A stretch of 64,000 nt of DNA from Subdoligranulum variabile (lineage in GTDB: Bacteria > Bacillota > Clostridia > Oscillospirales > Ruminococcaceae), in assembly GCA_004552305.1 (NCBI GenBank), contig SFOX01000008.1, positions 8 to 64,007 on the forward strand, read 5' to 3'. Below, one piece after another: positions 56,304 to 64,000 of the stretch (within the stretch, counting starts at the first letter, position 1; each line of letters begins with the position of its first letter). The translations under genes were made by a program, and so were the position numbers. The notes under the pieces were generated by a model. The model searched no databases and had not been told where the DNA came from. It saw only the letters and a program-made list of their open reading frames with translations.

Positions 56304-57293
56304 GTGAAAGCAACTGTAATTATCCCCAACCTGAACGGTGCCGGCTGGCTGCGCGATTCGATTGAGAGCATCTGGCGGCAGACCGAGCAGGACTTTGAAC
56401 TGATCGTCGTGGACAACGGCTCCACCGACGAAAGCCTTGCCATTGCCCGCAGCTACCAAGGGCATCCGCGCTATACGCTGATCGAAAATGCCGAGAACAC
56501 CGGCTTTTCGCACGCCGTCAACCAAGGCATTGCGCTGGCAAAAAGCGAGTATGTGGCGCTGTTCAACAACGACGCCTTTGCCGAGCCGACCTGGCTGGCG
56601 GAGCTTTTGCGCACCGCCGACGCCGACCCCCGCATTTTTGCCGTGAGCAGCCTGATGCTGCGCTACTATGAGCCGCATCTGGCGGACGACGCGGGCGATT
56701 ATGTGACGATTTTGGGCTTTGCCTGCAAGCGCGGCGACGGTCTGCGCGCCGAACGTTACACAAAACCCTGCCGTGTGTTCAGTGCGTGCGGCGGCGCGGC
56801 GCTGTACCGCAAGGCGGTGCTGGATGAGATCGGCACCTTTGACGAAAATTTTTTTGCCTATTACGAGGACGTAGATTTGAGCTGGCGCGCCAACAACCGC
56901 GGCTGGCGCAATGTGTATTGCCCCACCGCCCGCTGCCGCCATATCTGCGGCGCGACCACCGGCGCGGTGCGCTACAACCCGTTTAAGAGCATCCAGAGCG
57001 GGCGCAACAGCATTTTGCTGCCCTACAAAAACCAGCCGCTGCTGATGCTGGTGCTGAACTTTGTGCCGATGCTGCTGGGCTACCTGCTGAAGGTGGTGAT
57101 GTTCCGGCTGCGCGGCTTCGGCAACGACTACGCCAAGGGCTTTCACGAGGCGTGGATCACCCTGCCCAAGCTGGACAAGCCGCGCTTTCGCTGGCGCGAT
57201 CTGCCCAACTACCTGTGGGTGGAGTGCAGCCTGATCGCGGGGCTGTTCCGGTACCTTGTGTACCGCGTGCAGCGCGCGCTGAAAATTACCTGA
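56304..57293 (+). CDS. Glycosyltransferase family 2 (rhamnosyltransferase-like)
   Basis: 329 aa, GTG start after AAGGAG. VIIPNLNG, VVDNGSTD, YEDVDLSWR. Confidence 0.88.
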   Translation: MKATVIIPNLNGAGWLRDSIESIWRQTEQDFELIVVDNGSTDESLAIARSYQGHPRYTLIENAENTGFSHAVNQGIALAKSEYVALFNNDAFAEPTWLAELLRTADADPRIFAVSSLMLRYYEPHLADDAGDYVTILGFACKRGDGLRAERYTKPCRVFSACGGAALYRKAVLDEIGTFDENFFAYYEDVDLSWRANNRGWRNVYCPTARCRHICGATTGAVRYNPFKSIQSGRNSILLPYKNQPLLMLVLNFVPMLLGYLLKVVMFRLRGFGNDYAKGFHEAWITLPKLDKPRFRWRDLPNYLWVECSLIAGLFRYLVYRVQRALKIT

Positions 57294-57305
57294 TACGATG
57301 CGAAT

Positions 57306-57333
57306 ACCCGCCTGAGAAGGCGGGTGTTTTTTG
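57306..57333 (+). terminator. Intrinsic terminator
   Basis: acccgcc-tgagaa-ggcgggt followed by gttttttg. Confidence 0.8.
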
Positions 57334-57334
57334 T

Positions 57335-57570
57335 TGCCCCGTAGGGCGGGGTGACCCCACCCCGCCGGGGAAATGGGCGGTTGCCGCAAAATTGCCCGGA
57401 ACGGTCAAGACCGTTCCCTACAAATAACCGGAAGGTAAGGTATAATTGGGGAAAATGCAAATTTCCGGCAGGTTTGTACGGGACGCATAGATGCGTCCCG
57501 TGCGGGTTACCCGATATATCGCTGTTTTGGCGTGGCTGCAACGGGCGGCATAGTAGCCGTGCCTACGAAT
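57335..57570. repeat. REP/BIME-like cluster (composite C-G-D block 57341-57499 plus a decayed unit)
   Basis: Collinear with 8739-8897 and, inverted, with 63391-63543. The middle hairpin is ggaacggtcaagaccgttcc, versus ggaggggtcaagacccctcc at 8800. Confidence 0.85.
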
Positions 57571-57695
57571 TACCCGTAAAATGGTTATTGCCATAAAACT
57601 GCGGGCAGGGAATTTGGCAATTGCCGCACGCGACCCGTCCGCTGTTTACAATTTGTTTATTGCGCCGGGGGGCAAAATGTGCTATACTTGCACTG

Positions 57696-57715
57696 CCGAC
57701 CGACCGGTCGGTCGG
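57696..57715. promoter_or_regulatory. Perfect 20-bp palindrome, candidate TetR operator of the RND operon
   Basis: CCGACCGACC|GGTCGGTCGG, 7 nt downstream of TGcTATACT (57681-57689) and 43 nt upstream of the RND ATG. Confidence 0.5.
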
Positions 57716-57757
57716 GAAAATACAGCCTTCCGATTTATCACCCAGAGGGGAAACGAT

Positions 57758-60700
57758 ATGCCGAAATTCAGCGTTAAAAAACCGTTTACTGTGCTGGTGG
57801 CGGTCATTCTGGTCATTGTGCTGGGGTTTGTCAGCCTCAGCGGGATGCAGACCGACCTGCTGCCCAATATGAACCTGCCGTACCTGATGGTCATCACCAC
57901 CTATCCCGGCGCCAGCCCCGAGCAGGTCGAGGGCGAGGTCACCAAGCCCATTGAGGACAGCCTTGCCACGCTGAACGGTGTTAAAAATGTCACCAGCCAA
58001 AGCAATGAAAACTACAGCCTTGTCACCTTGGAGTACGAGGATAAAACCAATATGGACAGCGCTATGGTCAAGGCCAGCACGGCGCTGAACCAGCTGGGCG
58101 ATGCATTGCCCGGCGTATGCTCGACCCCGATGCTGATCGAAATGTCGCCCGATATGCTTGCCACGCAGTACATTGCAGTCAGCCGTGACGATATGGACAT
58201 CTACGAATTGTCCGATTATGTCGAAAACACGCTGCTGCCAAAGCTGGGGCGTGTGGACGGTGTGGCGCGTATTTCCACAACCGGGCTTGTGAAAAAGACC
58301 GTGGAGATCACGCTGAACCAGGACAAGATCGATGCGGTCAACGACAAGCTGCTGGTGCAGGTCAGCGACCGTCTGGCGGATGCCAAGGCGGAGCTGGACA
58401 AGAGCCAGGCACAGCTGAACACCACCAAAAAACAACTGGAGGACGCGCAAAAACAGGTACAGGCGGGCAAGCAGCAGCTGACCGTCCAAAAGGACAGCGT
58501 GACCGCCCAGCTGAAGGACGCCATACAAAAAATTGACGAGCAGCTGCCCGAGGTGACCGGTCAGGTGGCGGAGCTGGGCAATCAGCTGCAGGAATTGCAG
58601 CGCCAGCTGGACAACCTCAAGATGGATGCCGACCGGCTGCCCGGCATCGGCGTGCCGATGAACGAGGAGCTGTACGCCAAGGGGCTGGCAGTCGTGGCGG
58701 AATACGCCCCGCAGTACACCGCCGACACGCGGCCTGACACTTGGGAACAGGCGAAGGCGGACGCCGCCAAGCGCGCCGCGCTGCAAGCCGACTGCAGCGA
58801 CGCTGCCGCCGCCCTGCGCAGCGCTATTGAAAACGACAACGGCACCAACCTGCCCGCCCTGAACGAAAAGCAGCTGTACCTGACGGCACTTTCCGCCGCG
58901 CTGACGCTGGAGCAGCAACAGCAGGACACCGCCGCCGCCATCACCGATCTCAACGCCAAAATCGACGGGCTGAACGCGCAGCTGCAGGCGCTGAACGACC
59001 AGCGCGCACAGCTGCAAGCCACGCTGGAGGGGCTGACGCAAAACCCGCTGGACCCCTCGCTGGGGGCGCTGGCAAGCCAGCTGCTGTTCAGCGGCAGCGA
59101 GGCGCAGCTGGGCTTGGGCGAGTACCAGATCACCGACGGTCTGACCCAGCTGCAGGCAGGGCAGGCACAGCTGGACGCCGCCCGCAAACAGTACGAATCC
59201 GCCCGCGAGGAGGCACTGAAAAACGCCAACCTTGACCAGCTTTTGAACATCACAACGCTGTCGCAGCTGATTATGGCGCAAAACTTCTCGATGCCCGCCG
59301 GGTACATCGACGACACCGATGGCAACAGCTATGTGCTGAAGGTCGGCACCCCCTACGACAGCGTGGACGCGCTGGGCGATATGGTGCTGTGCGCCGTACC
59401 CGGCGTGGGCGATGTACAGCTGCAGGATGTCGCCGACGTCCGGCTGACCGACAACGCCGATGCCAGCTACGCCAAGGTGGGCGAAAACCGCGCGGTGCTG
59501 CTGTCGGTCTACAAAGGCTCGACCGCCTCGACCTCCGCCGTGTCCAAGGCGATGAACGCCGAAATGACCGCGCTGGAAGCCGATAACAGCGCCCTGCATC
59601 TGACCGCCATTATGGACCAGGGCGACTACATCAAGCTGATCGTGCGCAGCGTGCTGTCCAACCTGATCGAGGGTGCGATCCTCGCCGTGATCGTGCTGGC
59701 GTTCTTCTTAAAGGACCTGCGCCCGACGCTGGTCGTGGCGATCAGTATGCCGCTGAGCGTGCTGTTTGCCATTGTGCTGATGTATTTTTCCGGTATAACG
59801 TTAAATATTTTGAGCCTGTCGGGCTTGGCGCTGGGCGTGGGTATGCTGGTGGACAACTCGGTCGTTGTCATTGAAAACATCTACCGCCTGCGCAACCGCG
59901 GCTTGCCCGCCGCCCGCGCCGCCGTGCAGGGTGCGCGGCAGGTGCAGGGCAGCATCATCTCGTCCACCATGACCACGGTCTGCGTGTTTTTGCCGCTGGT
60001 GTTCAGCTCCGGTATGGTCATGGAATTGATGGACGATATGGCGTGGACCATCACCTTCAGCCTGCTGGCGTCGCTGGTCGTGGCGCTGACCGTGGTACCC
60101 TGCGCCGGCTCCACGGTGCTGAAAAAGCCCAAGGACATCCGCCACCCGCTGTTTGACCGTATGCTGAACGGCTACGAAAAGCTGCTGCGGTTCTGCCTGC
60201 GCCGCAAGGCGGTGCCGCTGGCGCTGGCGGTGGTGCTGCTGGGCGTGTCGGTGTGGCGCGTTGCCACCATGGGCATTGTGCTGATCCCGGAAATGAGTTC
60301 AAATCAGCTTTCGATGAGCCTGACCCTGCCCGCCGATACCCCCGATGCCGACTGCTTTGCCGCCGCCGATGCCGCCATGGCAGCGGTTTGCGGTGTGGAC
60401 GGTGTCGAAACGGTGGGCGCGATGTCCGGGGGCAGCAATTCGATGGCTGCCACCGTCGGGCTTGGCGCCGACACCGCCGCTAACAACACCGAAATGACCT
60501 TCTACATTCTGCTGACGGACGAGGGCGCTGCCCACGGGGACCGCGTGCAGCAGGACATTTTGCAGCGCACCTCCGGCTTAAACGGCGAGGTCAGCCTGAA
60601 CGCCAACGGTATGATGGATATGAGCGCGCTGTCCGGCAGCGGTGCCGAGGTGGATATTTACGGCAACGATCTGGACGACCTGCGCACCGCCGCCGACGCG

Positions 60701-61858
60701 GTAAAGACCGTGATGGCGGAAATCCCCGGCGTGGAGGATATCTCCGACGGGCAGGACGCGGGCGATGAGGAAGTACTGCTGACCATCGACAAGGACAAGG
60801 CGATGCGCAGCGGGCTGACCGTGGCGCAGATTTACCAAAAAATCGCCGCCGCGCTGAGTACCGACGCCACCGCGACCACGCTGACCGTGGAAAACGAAAC
60901 CTACACCGTCAAGGTCATCAATGCCGCCGACGTGCCGACACTGGACGCACTGTTTGATCTGGAGCTGACCGCCACCGCCATGGACGACAGCGGGCAGCAG
61001 GTGCAGACCACCCACACGCTGGGCGAGTTTGCCACCCGCAGCGTGCGCCCCGGCTACACGACCATCACGCGCGAGAACGGCGCACGCAAAATGACGGTGA
61101 CCGCCTCGACCGCCGCGGGGTACAATACCACGCTGATCACCCGCGAGCTGGCACCCAAGCTGGCGGCGCTGACGCTGCCCGCGGGCTGCACCACTGAGAT
61201 TGCGGGCGAGAGCAGCCAGGTTTCCGATATGCTGGCGCAGATGGCAAAAATGCTCGCACTGGCGCTGGTTTTTGTCTATTTTGTTATGGTGGCGCAGTTC
61301 CAGAGCCTGCTTTCGCCCTTTATTGTGCTGTTCACCATACCGCTGGCGTTCACCGGCGGTATGCTGGGGCTGATGGCGTTCGGCGAGCAGCTTTCGGTGA
61401 TTTCGCTGATGGGCTTTTTGGTGCTGATGGGCGTTGTCGTAAACAACGGCATCGTCTTTGTGGACTACGCCAACCAGCTGCGCATCGGCGGGCTGCAGCG
61501 GCAGGATGCGCTGGTTGCCACCGGGCGCACCCGTATGCGTCCCATCCTGATGACCACGCTGACCACCGTGCTGGCGATGGTGACCATGCTGCTCAGCACC
61601 GATGCGGGCAGCGAGATGGGCAAGGGGATGGCGATCGTCATCATTGGCGGACTCGCCTATGCGACCCTGATGACGCTGTTTATCGTGCCGGTTTTGTATG
61701 ACAGCTTCTACCGCAAGCCGCCCGTCAACGTGGATGTCGGGGACGAAGGGCTGGATGACCTGCCCGATGATGCCGCCGAGTTTGCCGCCGAGTTTGCCGC
61801 CCGCCGCGCTGCCGAGCAGCAGCCGCAAGACCCTGAGAAGGAGGAGAACGAGCTATGA
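57758..61858 (+). CDS. RND (AcrB/HAE-type) efflux permease with a ~300-aa coiled-coil insertion
   Basis: 1366 aa from MPKFSVKKPF. 12-TM RND layout (GVGMLVDNSVVVIENI, MGVVVNNGIVFVDY). Residues ~196-497 are heptad-rich and Q/L/A/E-rich. Confidence 0.9.
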   Translation: MPKFSVKKPFTVLVAVILVIVLGFVSLSGMQTDLLPNMNLPYLMVITTYPGASPEQVEGEVTKPIEDSLATLNGVKNVTSQSNENYSLVTLEYEDKTNMDSAMVKASTALNQLGDALPGVCSTPMLIEMSPDMLATQYIAVSRDDMDIYELSDYVENTLLPKLGRVDGVARISTTGLVKKTVEITLNQDKIDAVNDKLLVQVSDRLADAKAELDKSQAQLNTTKKQLEDAQKQVQAGKQQLTVQKDSVTAQLKDAIQKIDEQLPEVTGQVAELGNQLQELQRQLDNLKMDADRLPGIGVPMNEELYAKGLAVVAEYAPQYTADTRPDTWEQAKADAAKRAALQADCSDAAAALRSAIENDNGTNLPALNEKQLYLTALSAALTLEQQQQDTAAAITDLNAKIDGLNAQLQALNDQRAQLQATLEGLTQNPLDPSLGALASQLLFSGSEAQLGLGEYQITDGLTQLQAGQAQLDAARKQYESAREEALKNANLDQLLNITTLSQLIMAQNFSMPAGYIDDTDGNSYVLKVGTPYDSVDALGDMVLCAVPGVGDVQLQDVADVRLTDNADASYAKVGENRAVLLSVYKGSTASTSAVSKAMNAEMTALEADNSALHLTAIMDQGDYIKLIVRSVLSNLIEGAILAVIVLAFFLKDLRPTLVVAISMPLSVLFAIVLMYFSGITLNILSLSGLALGVGMLVDNSVVVIENIYRLRNRGLPAARAAVQGARQVQGSIISSTMTTVCVFLPLVFSSGMVMELMDDMAWTITFSLLASLVVALTVVPCAGSTVLKKPKDIRHPLFDRMLNGYEKLLRFCLRRKAVPLALAVVLLGVSVWRVATMGIVLIPEMSSNQLSMSLTLPADTPDADCFAAADAAMAAVCGVDGVETVGAMSGGSNSMAATVGLGADTAANNTEMTFYILLTDEGAAHGDRVQQDILQRTSGLNGEVSLNANGMMDMSALSGSGAEVDIYGNDLDDLRTAADAVKTVMAEIPGVEDISDGQDAGDEEVLLTIDKDKAMRSGLTVAQIYQKIAAALSTDATATTLTVENETYTVKVINAADVPTLDALFDLELTATAMDDSGQQVQTTHTLGEFATRSVRPGYTTITRENGARKMTVTASTAAGYNTTLITRELAPKLAALTLPAGCTTEIAGESSQVSDMLAQMAKMLALALVFVYFVMVAQFQSLLSPFIVLFTIPLAFTGGMLGLMAFGEQLSVISLMGFLVLMGVVVNNGIVFVDYANQLRIGGLQRQDALVATGRTRMRPILMTTLTTVLAMVTMLLSTDAGSEMGKGMAIVIIGGLAYATLMTLFIVPVLYDSFYRKPPVNVDVGDEGLDDLPDDAAEFAAEFAARRAAEQQPQDPEKEENEL

Positions 61859-62439
61859 ACCGCGATGTCCGCACCCTGCGCGAACACGCCCTGTACGCCG
61901 CCGCCCTGCGCCTGATCGAACAGGGTTGCGACCCCAAAGCGATGAAGGTGCAGCAAATTGCCGAGGCTGCCGGCATCGGCAAGGGGACGGTGTATGAGTA
62001 TTTTTCCTCCAAAAACGAAATTTTGCACGGTATGTCGCTGTATATTTTTGACGATGAGCTGAACCGCCTGCAGGTGCAGCTACAGGGCTGCACCACGGCA
62101 GAGGGACTCGCCGCCGCCGTGGGGGAGTACCTGACCGATTTGGCAAAGACCCGTATGGGGGTGTACCGTATCATTGCCGGAAGCGCCGCGGGCGCACACC
62201 TGTGCGGCGACCCCGGCAAAAATCAGCGCACCGAGGCATTGCGCACGCTGGTGCGCAGCACGCTGCAGCGCCTGCAGGACGCCGGGCAGATTGCCCCCGC
62301 GCTGGGTATGGACTATTGCGTTTATGCGCTGGTCAGCGCCACGGCGGGCGGCTTTCTGGCGCTGGCAGCCGACCCGGGCATCGACCCCGATGCCATGGGC
62401 GGGCATATCTGCCGCCTGTTGGAGCGCGCGCTGCAATAA
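61855..62439 (+). CDS. TetR/AcrR-family transcriptional regulator
   Basis: 194 aa. HTH VQQIAEAAGIGKGTVYEYFSSKNEIL. Its ATG overlaps the RND stop (ATGA). Confidence 0.9.
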   Translation: MNRDVRTLREHALYAAALRLIEQGCDPKAMKVQQIAEAAGIGKGTVYEYFSSKNEILHGMSLYIFDDELNRLQVQLQGCTTAEGLAAAVGEYLTDLAKTRMGVYRIIAGSAAGAHLCGDPGKNQRTEALRTLVRSTLQRLQDAGQIAPALGMDYCVYALVSATAGGFLALAADPGIDPDAMGGHICRLLERALQ

Positions 62440-62475
62440 ACCGCCTTATTTCGCGCAAAAGCCGCAATTTGCCCA

Positions 62476-62504
62476 TTGACATTCCCATTGCCCGCTTTTA
62501 TACT
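62476..62504 (+). promoter_or_regulatory. Promoter of the ECF S-component gene
   Basis: TTGACA-N17-TATACT. Confidence 0.55.
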
Positions 62505-62560
62505 GGGTATGGTTGTTCCGAGTATGAACCACCATTGCGGAAAAAAGGAGTTATGGAATT

Positions 62561-63109
62561 ATGAAAAACAATACTGTAAAAACGTTTGTCGCCATCGGTA
62601 TCGGCGCGGCTCTGTTCTTTGTGCTGGGGCGCTTTGTTGCCATTCCCAGCCCGATCGCCAACACCAACATCAGCCTGCAGTATGCGGTGCTGGGTCTGCT
62701 GGCTGCCATGTACGGTCCCGTTGCCGGCGGTCTGATCGGCTTTATCGGTCACACCCTGATCGACCTGTCCTGGGGCGGTGCGCCGTGGTGGAGCTGGGTT
62801 CTGTCCTCTGCGCTGGTGGGCGTTATCGTCGGTCTGTTCGCCAAGAAGATGAACATTCAGGAGGGTGAGTTCGGCAAGAAGGAAGTCATCACCTTTGCCA
62901 TCTCCAACGTGATTGCCCATGTGGTTGCGTGGTGCGCACTGGCGCCTGTGCTGGATATCCTGATTTATCAGGAGCCTGTCAATAAGGTCTTCGCACAGGG
63001 TGCCTTTGCCGCCATCTCCAACACGCTGACCGCTGTCATCGTCGGCAGCCTGCTGATTGTGGCGTTCACCAAGACGATTGCCAAGAAGGGGTCTTTGGAT
63101 AAGGAATAA
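62561..63109 (+). CDS. ECF transporter S component (UPF0397-like)
   Basis: 182 aa, 5-6 TMs. Followed downstream by a YkoD-like ABC ATPase gene. Confidence 0.8.
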   Translation: MKNNTVKTFVAIGIGAALFFVLGRFVAIPSPIANTNISLQYAVLGLLAAMYGPVAGGLIGFIGHTLIDLSWGGAPWWSWVLSSALVGVIVGLFAKKMNIQEGEFGKKEVITFAISNVIAHVVAWCALAPVLDILIYQEPVNKVFAQGAFAAISNTLTAVIVGSLLIVAFTKTIAKKGSLDKE

Positions 63110-63124
63110 TAGGGCATTGCCCGG

Positions 63125-63552
63125 AATGTGTACTTTCTTTGGACGCCCAAAGAAAGTACCAAAGAAAGGCGCCGCTACTTCCGAAGCGCGGGGCACGGCC
63201 GGGGGACCAGTCCCCCTGGACCCCCAAAGAGGAAGGTCGCGGACGGGCGGGGCTAAAAAATCGTCAAGACACATTTTTTGACGCCCCGCCCACCCGCTCC
63301 CGTCTTACGGCTCCGCCGAAAAATTCACCACCCGCATATATGCCGCCCGTGCAATCTTCCCAACAATGCAATCTAACGGGCAAACCGCACGGGACGCATC
63401 TATGCGTCCCCTACAAACCTGCCGGAAATTTGCATTTCCCCAATTATTGCTTGCCTTCCGGTTATTCGTAGGGAGGGGTCTTGACCCCTCCTTGCCACTT
63501 TGCGGTTGCTGCCAAATTCCCTGGCGGGGTCACCCCGCCCTACATCGCACTA
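63125..63552. repeat. Hairpin-rich spacer: unique long hairpins (63125-63290) plus a REP composite (63391-63543)
   Basis: gtactttctttgg-acgc-ccaaagaaagtac; gggcggggc...cgtcaa-N10-ttgacg-ccccgccc; then gcggcatatatgccgc, gggacgcatctatgcgtcccctac, gtagggaggggtcttgacccctcc, ggcggggtcaccccgccctac. Confidence 0.8.
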
Positions 63553-63618
63553 TATAAAAATGTGTCCGCAAAGCGGACACACCAAATCTTAACTCTCCAC
63601 TCTCCACTCTTAACTCTC
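63553..63618 (-). repeat. Heptad-repeat + hairpin module (M11), antisense to the flanking genes
   Basis: Minus strand reads gagagtt aagagtg gagagtg gagagtt aagattt ggtgtgtccgc-ttt-gcggacac atttttata. Confidence 0.85.
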
Positions 63619-63696
63619 ATCATTTATGTTTTCATCCGCCTTCCCCGCCGGGAAGGCATTTTGTTGTCTTTCACCCTACGTTCCGAGAGGTGCCCT

Positions 63697-64000
63697 ATGG
63701 CTCAAACCAAAACACCCATCATCTCTTTTCAAAATTTCAGCTTTCAGTACCGCGCGCAAAAACAGCCCACGCTGCACGATATCAATCTGGATATCTACCC
63801 CGGCGAGCGTGTGCTGATCGCCGGTCCGTCCGGCAGCGGAAAAAGCACGCTGGCGGGCTGCATCAACGGGCTGAACCCCTACGCCAACCCCGGCAAAGCC
63901 ACCGGCGCCCTGACAGTGGACGGCGTGGACGTCATGCACAGCAGCATCTTTGCGCTGAGCGCCCACGTCGGCACCGTGCTGCAGGACCCCGACGGGCAGT
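63697..64000 (+). CDS. ABC transporter ATP-binding protein (ECF energizing, YkoD-like), 5' part truncated by the window end
   Basis: MAQTKTPIISFQNFSFQY...[21 protein letters not shown]. The frame stays open to position 64000. Confidence 0.85.
   Translation, partial: MAQTKTPIISFQNFSFQYRAQKQPTLHDINLDIYPGERVLIAGPSGSGKSTLAGCINGLNPYANPGKATGALTVDGVDVMHSSIFALSAHVGTVLQDPDGQ

Overview
GC-rich chromosomal window. The GGAGG-type RBSs, the TTGxxA-N17-(TGn)TATAAT promoters and the gene content (SpoVK-like AAA, YqeG, DUF1667 glp cluster, YfhO) suggest a Clostridia/Oscillospiraceae-like Firmicute; this is an inference, not a database result. Most of the window is housekeeping: amino-acid ABC importer, HK/RR pair, PPi-type PFK, rpsU, efp, pyrG, glpK with an anaerobic G3P dehydrogenase set, tex, polA, tsaD, DAHP synthase, ybaK, a murE-like ligase, and tRNA-Arg/His/Gln. 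There are three cell-envelope glycan loci. One is a 9-gene Wzm/Wzt operon carrying CMP-ulosonic-acid genes (18.5-26.7 kb). The second is a YfhO gene. The third is a WbuX/HisH/HisF-like acetamidino-sugar operon with a nearby GT2 (52.5-57.3 kb). I saw no rRNA, CRISPR, transposase, integrase or phage genes. The signals I rank highest are these. (1) About 4 kb (~6% of the window, estimated from my own coordinates) of intergenic DNA consists of structured repeats. They include an 11-copy module of five heptads (NAGAGTK) abutting a GC hairpin and T-run, GTAG-flanked REP/BIME-like hairpins with compensatory stem changes, and a ~113-nt five-hairpin element. (2) A tightly coupled operon encodes a radical SAM/SPASM enzyme, a DUF2207-like membrane protein with a cytoplasmic (Cys-Ala)n tail, and a SpoVK-like AAA+ ATPase. 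(3) The ulosonic-acid operon uses a DRE-TIM aldolase fused to an MptE/DUF115-like domain instead of KdsA/NeuB. (4) A 1366-aa RND pump carries a ~300-aa coiled-coil insertion. (5) Two stacked promoter-terminator units sit in front of the amidotransferase operon. Many long ORFs in the supplied track are GC-driven shadow ORFs antisense to real genes, and I rejected them.
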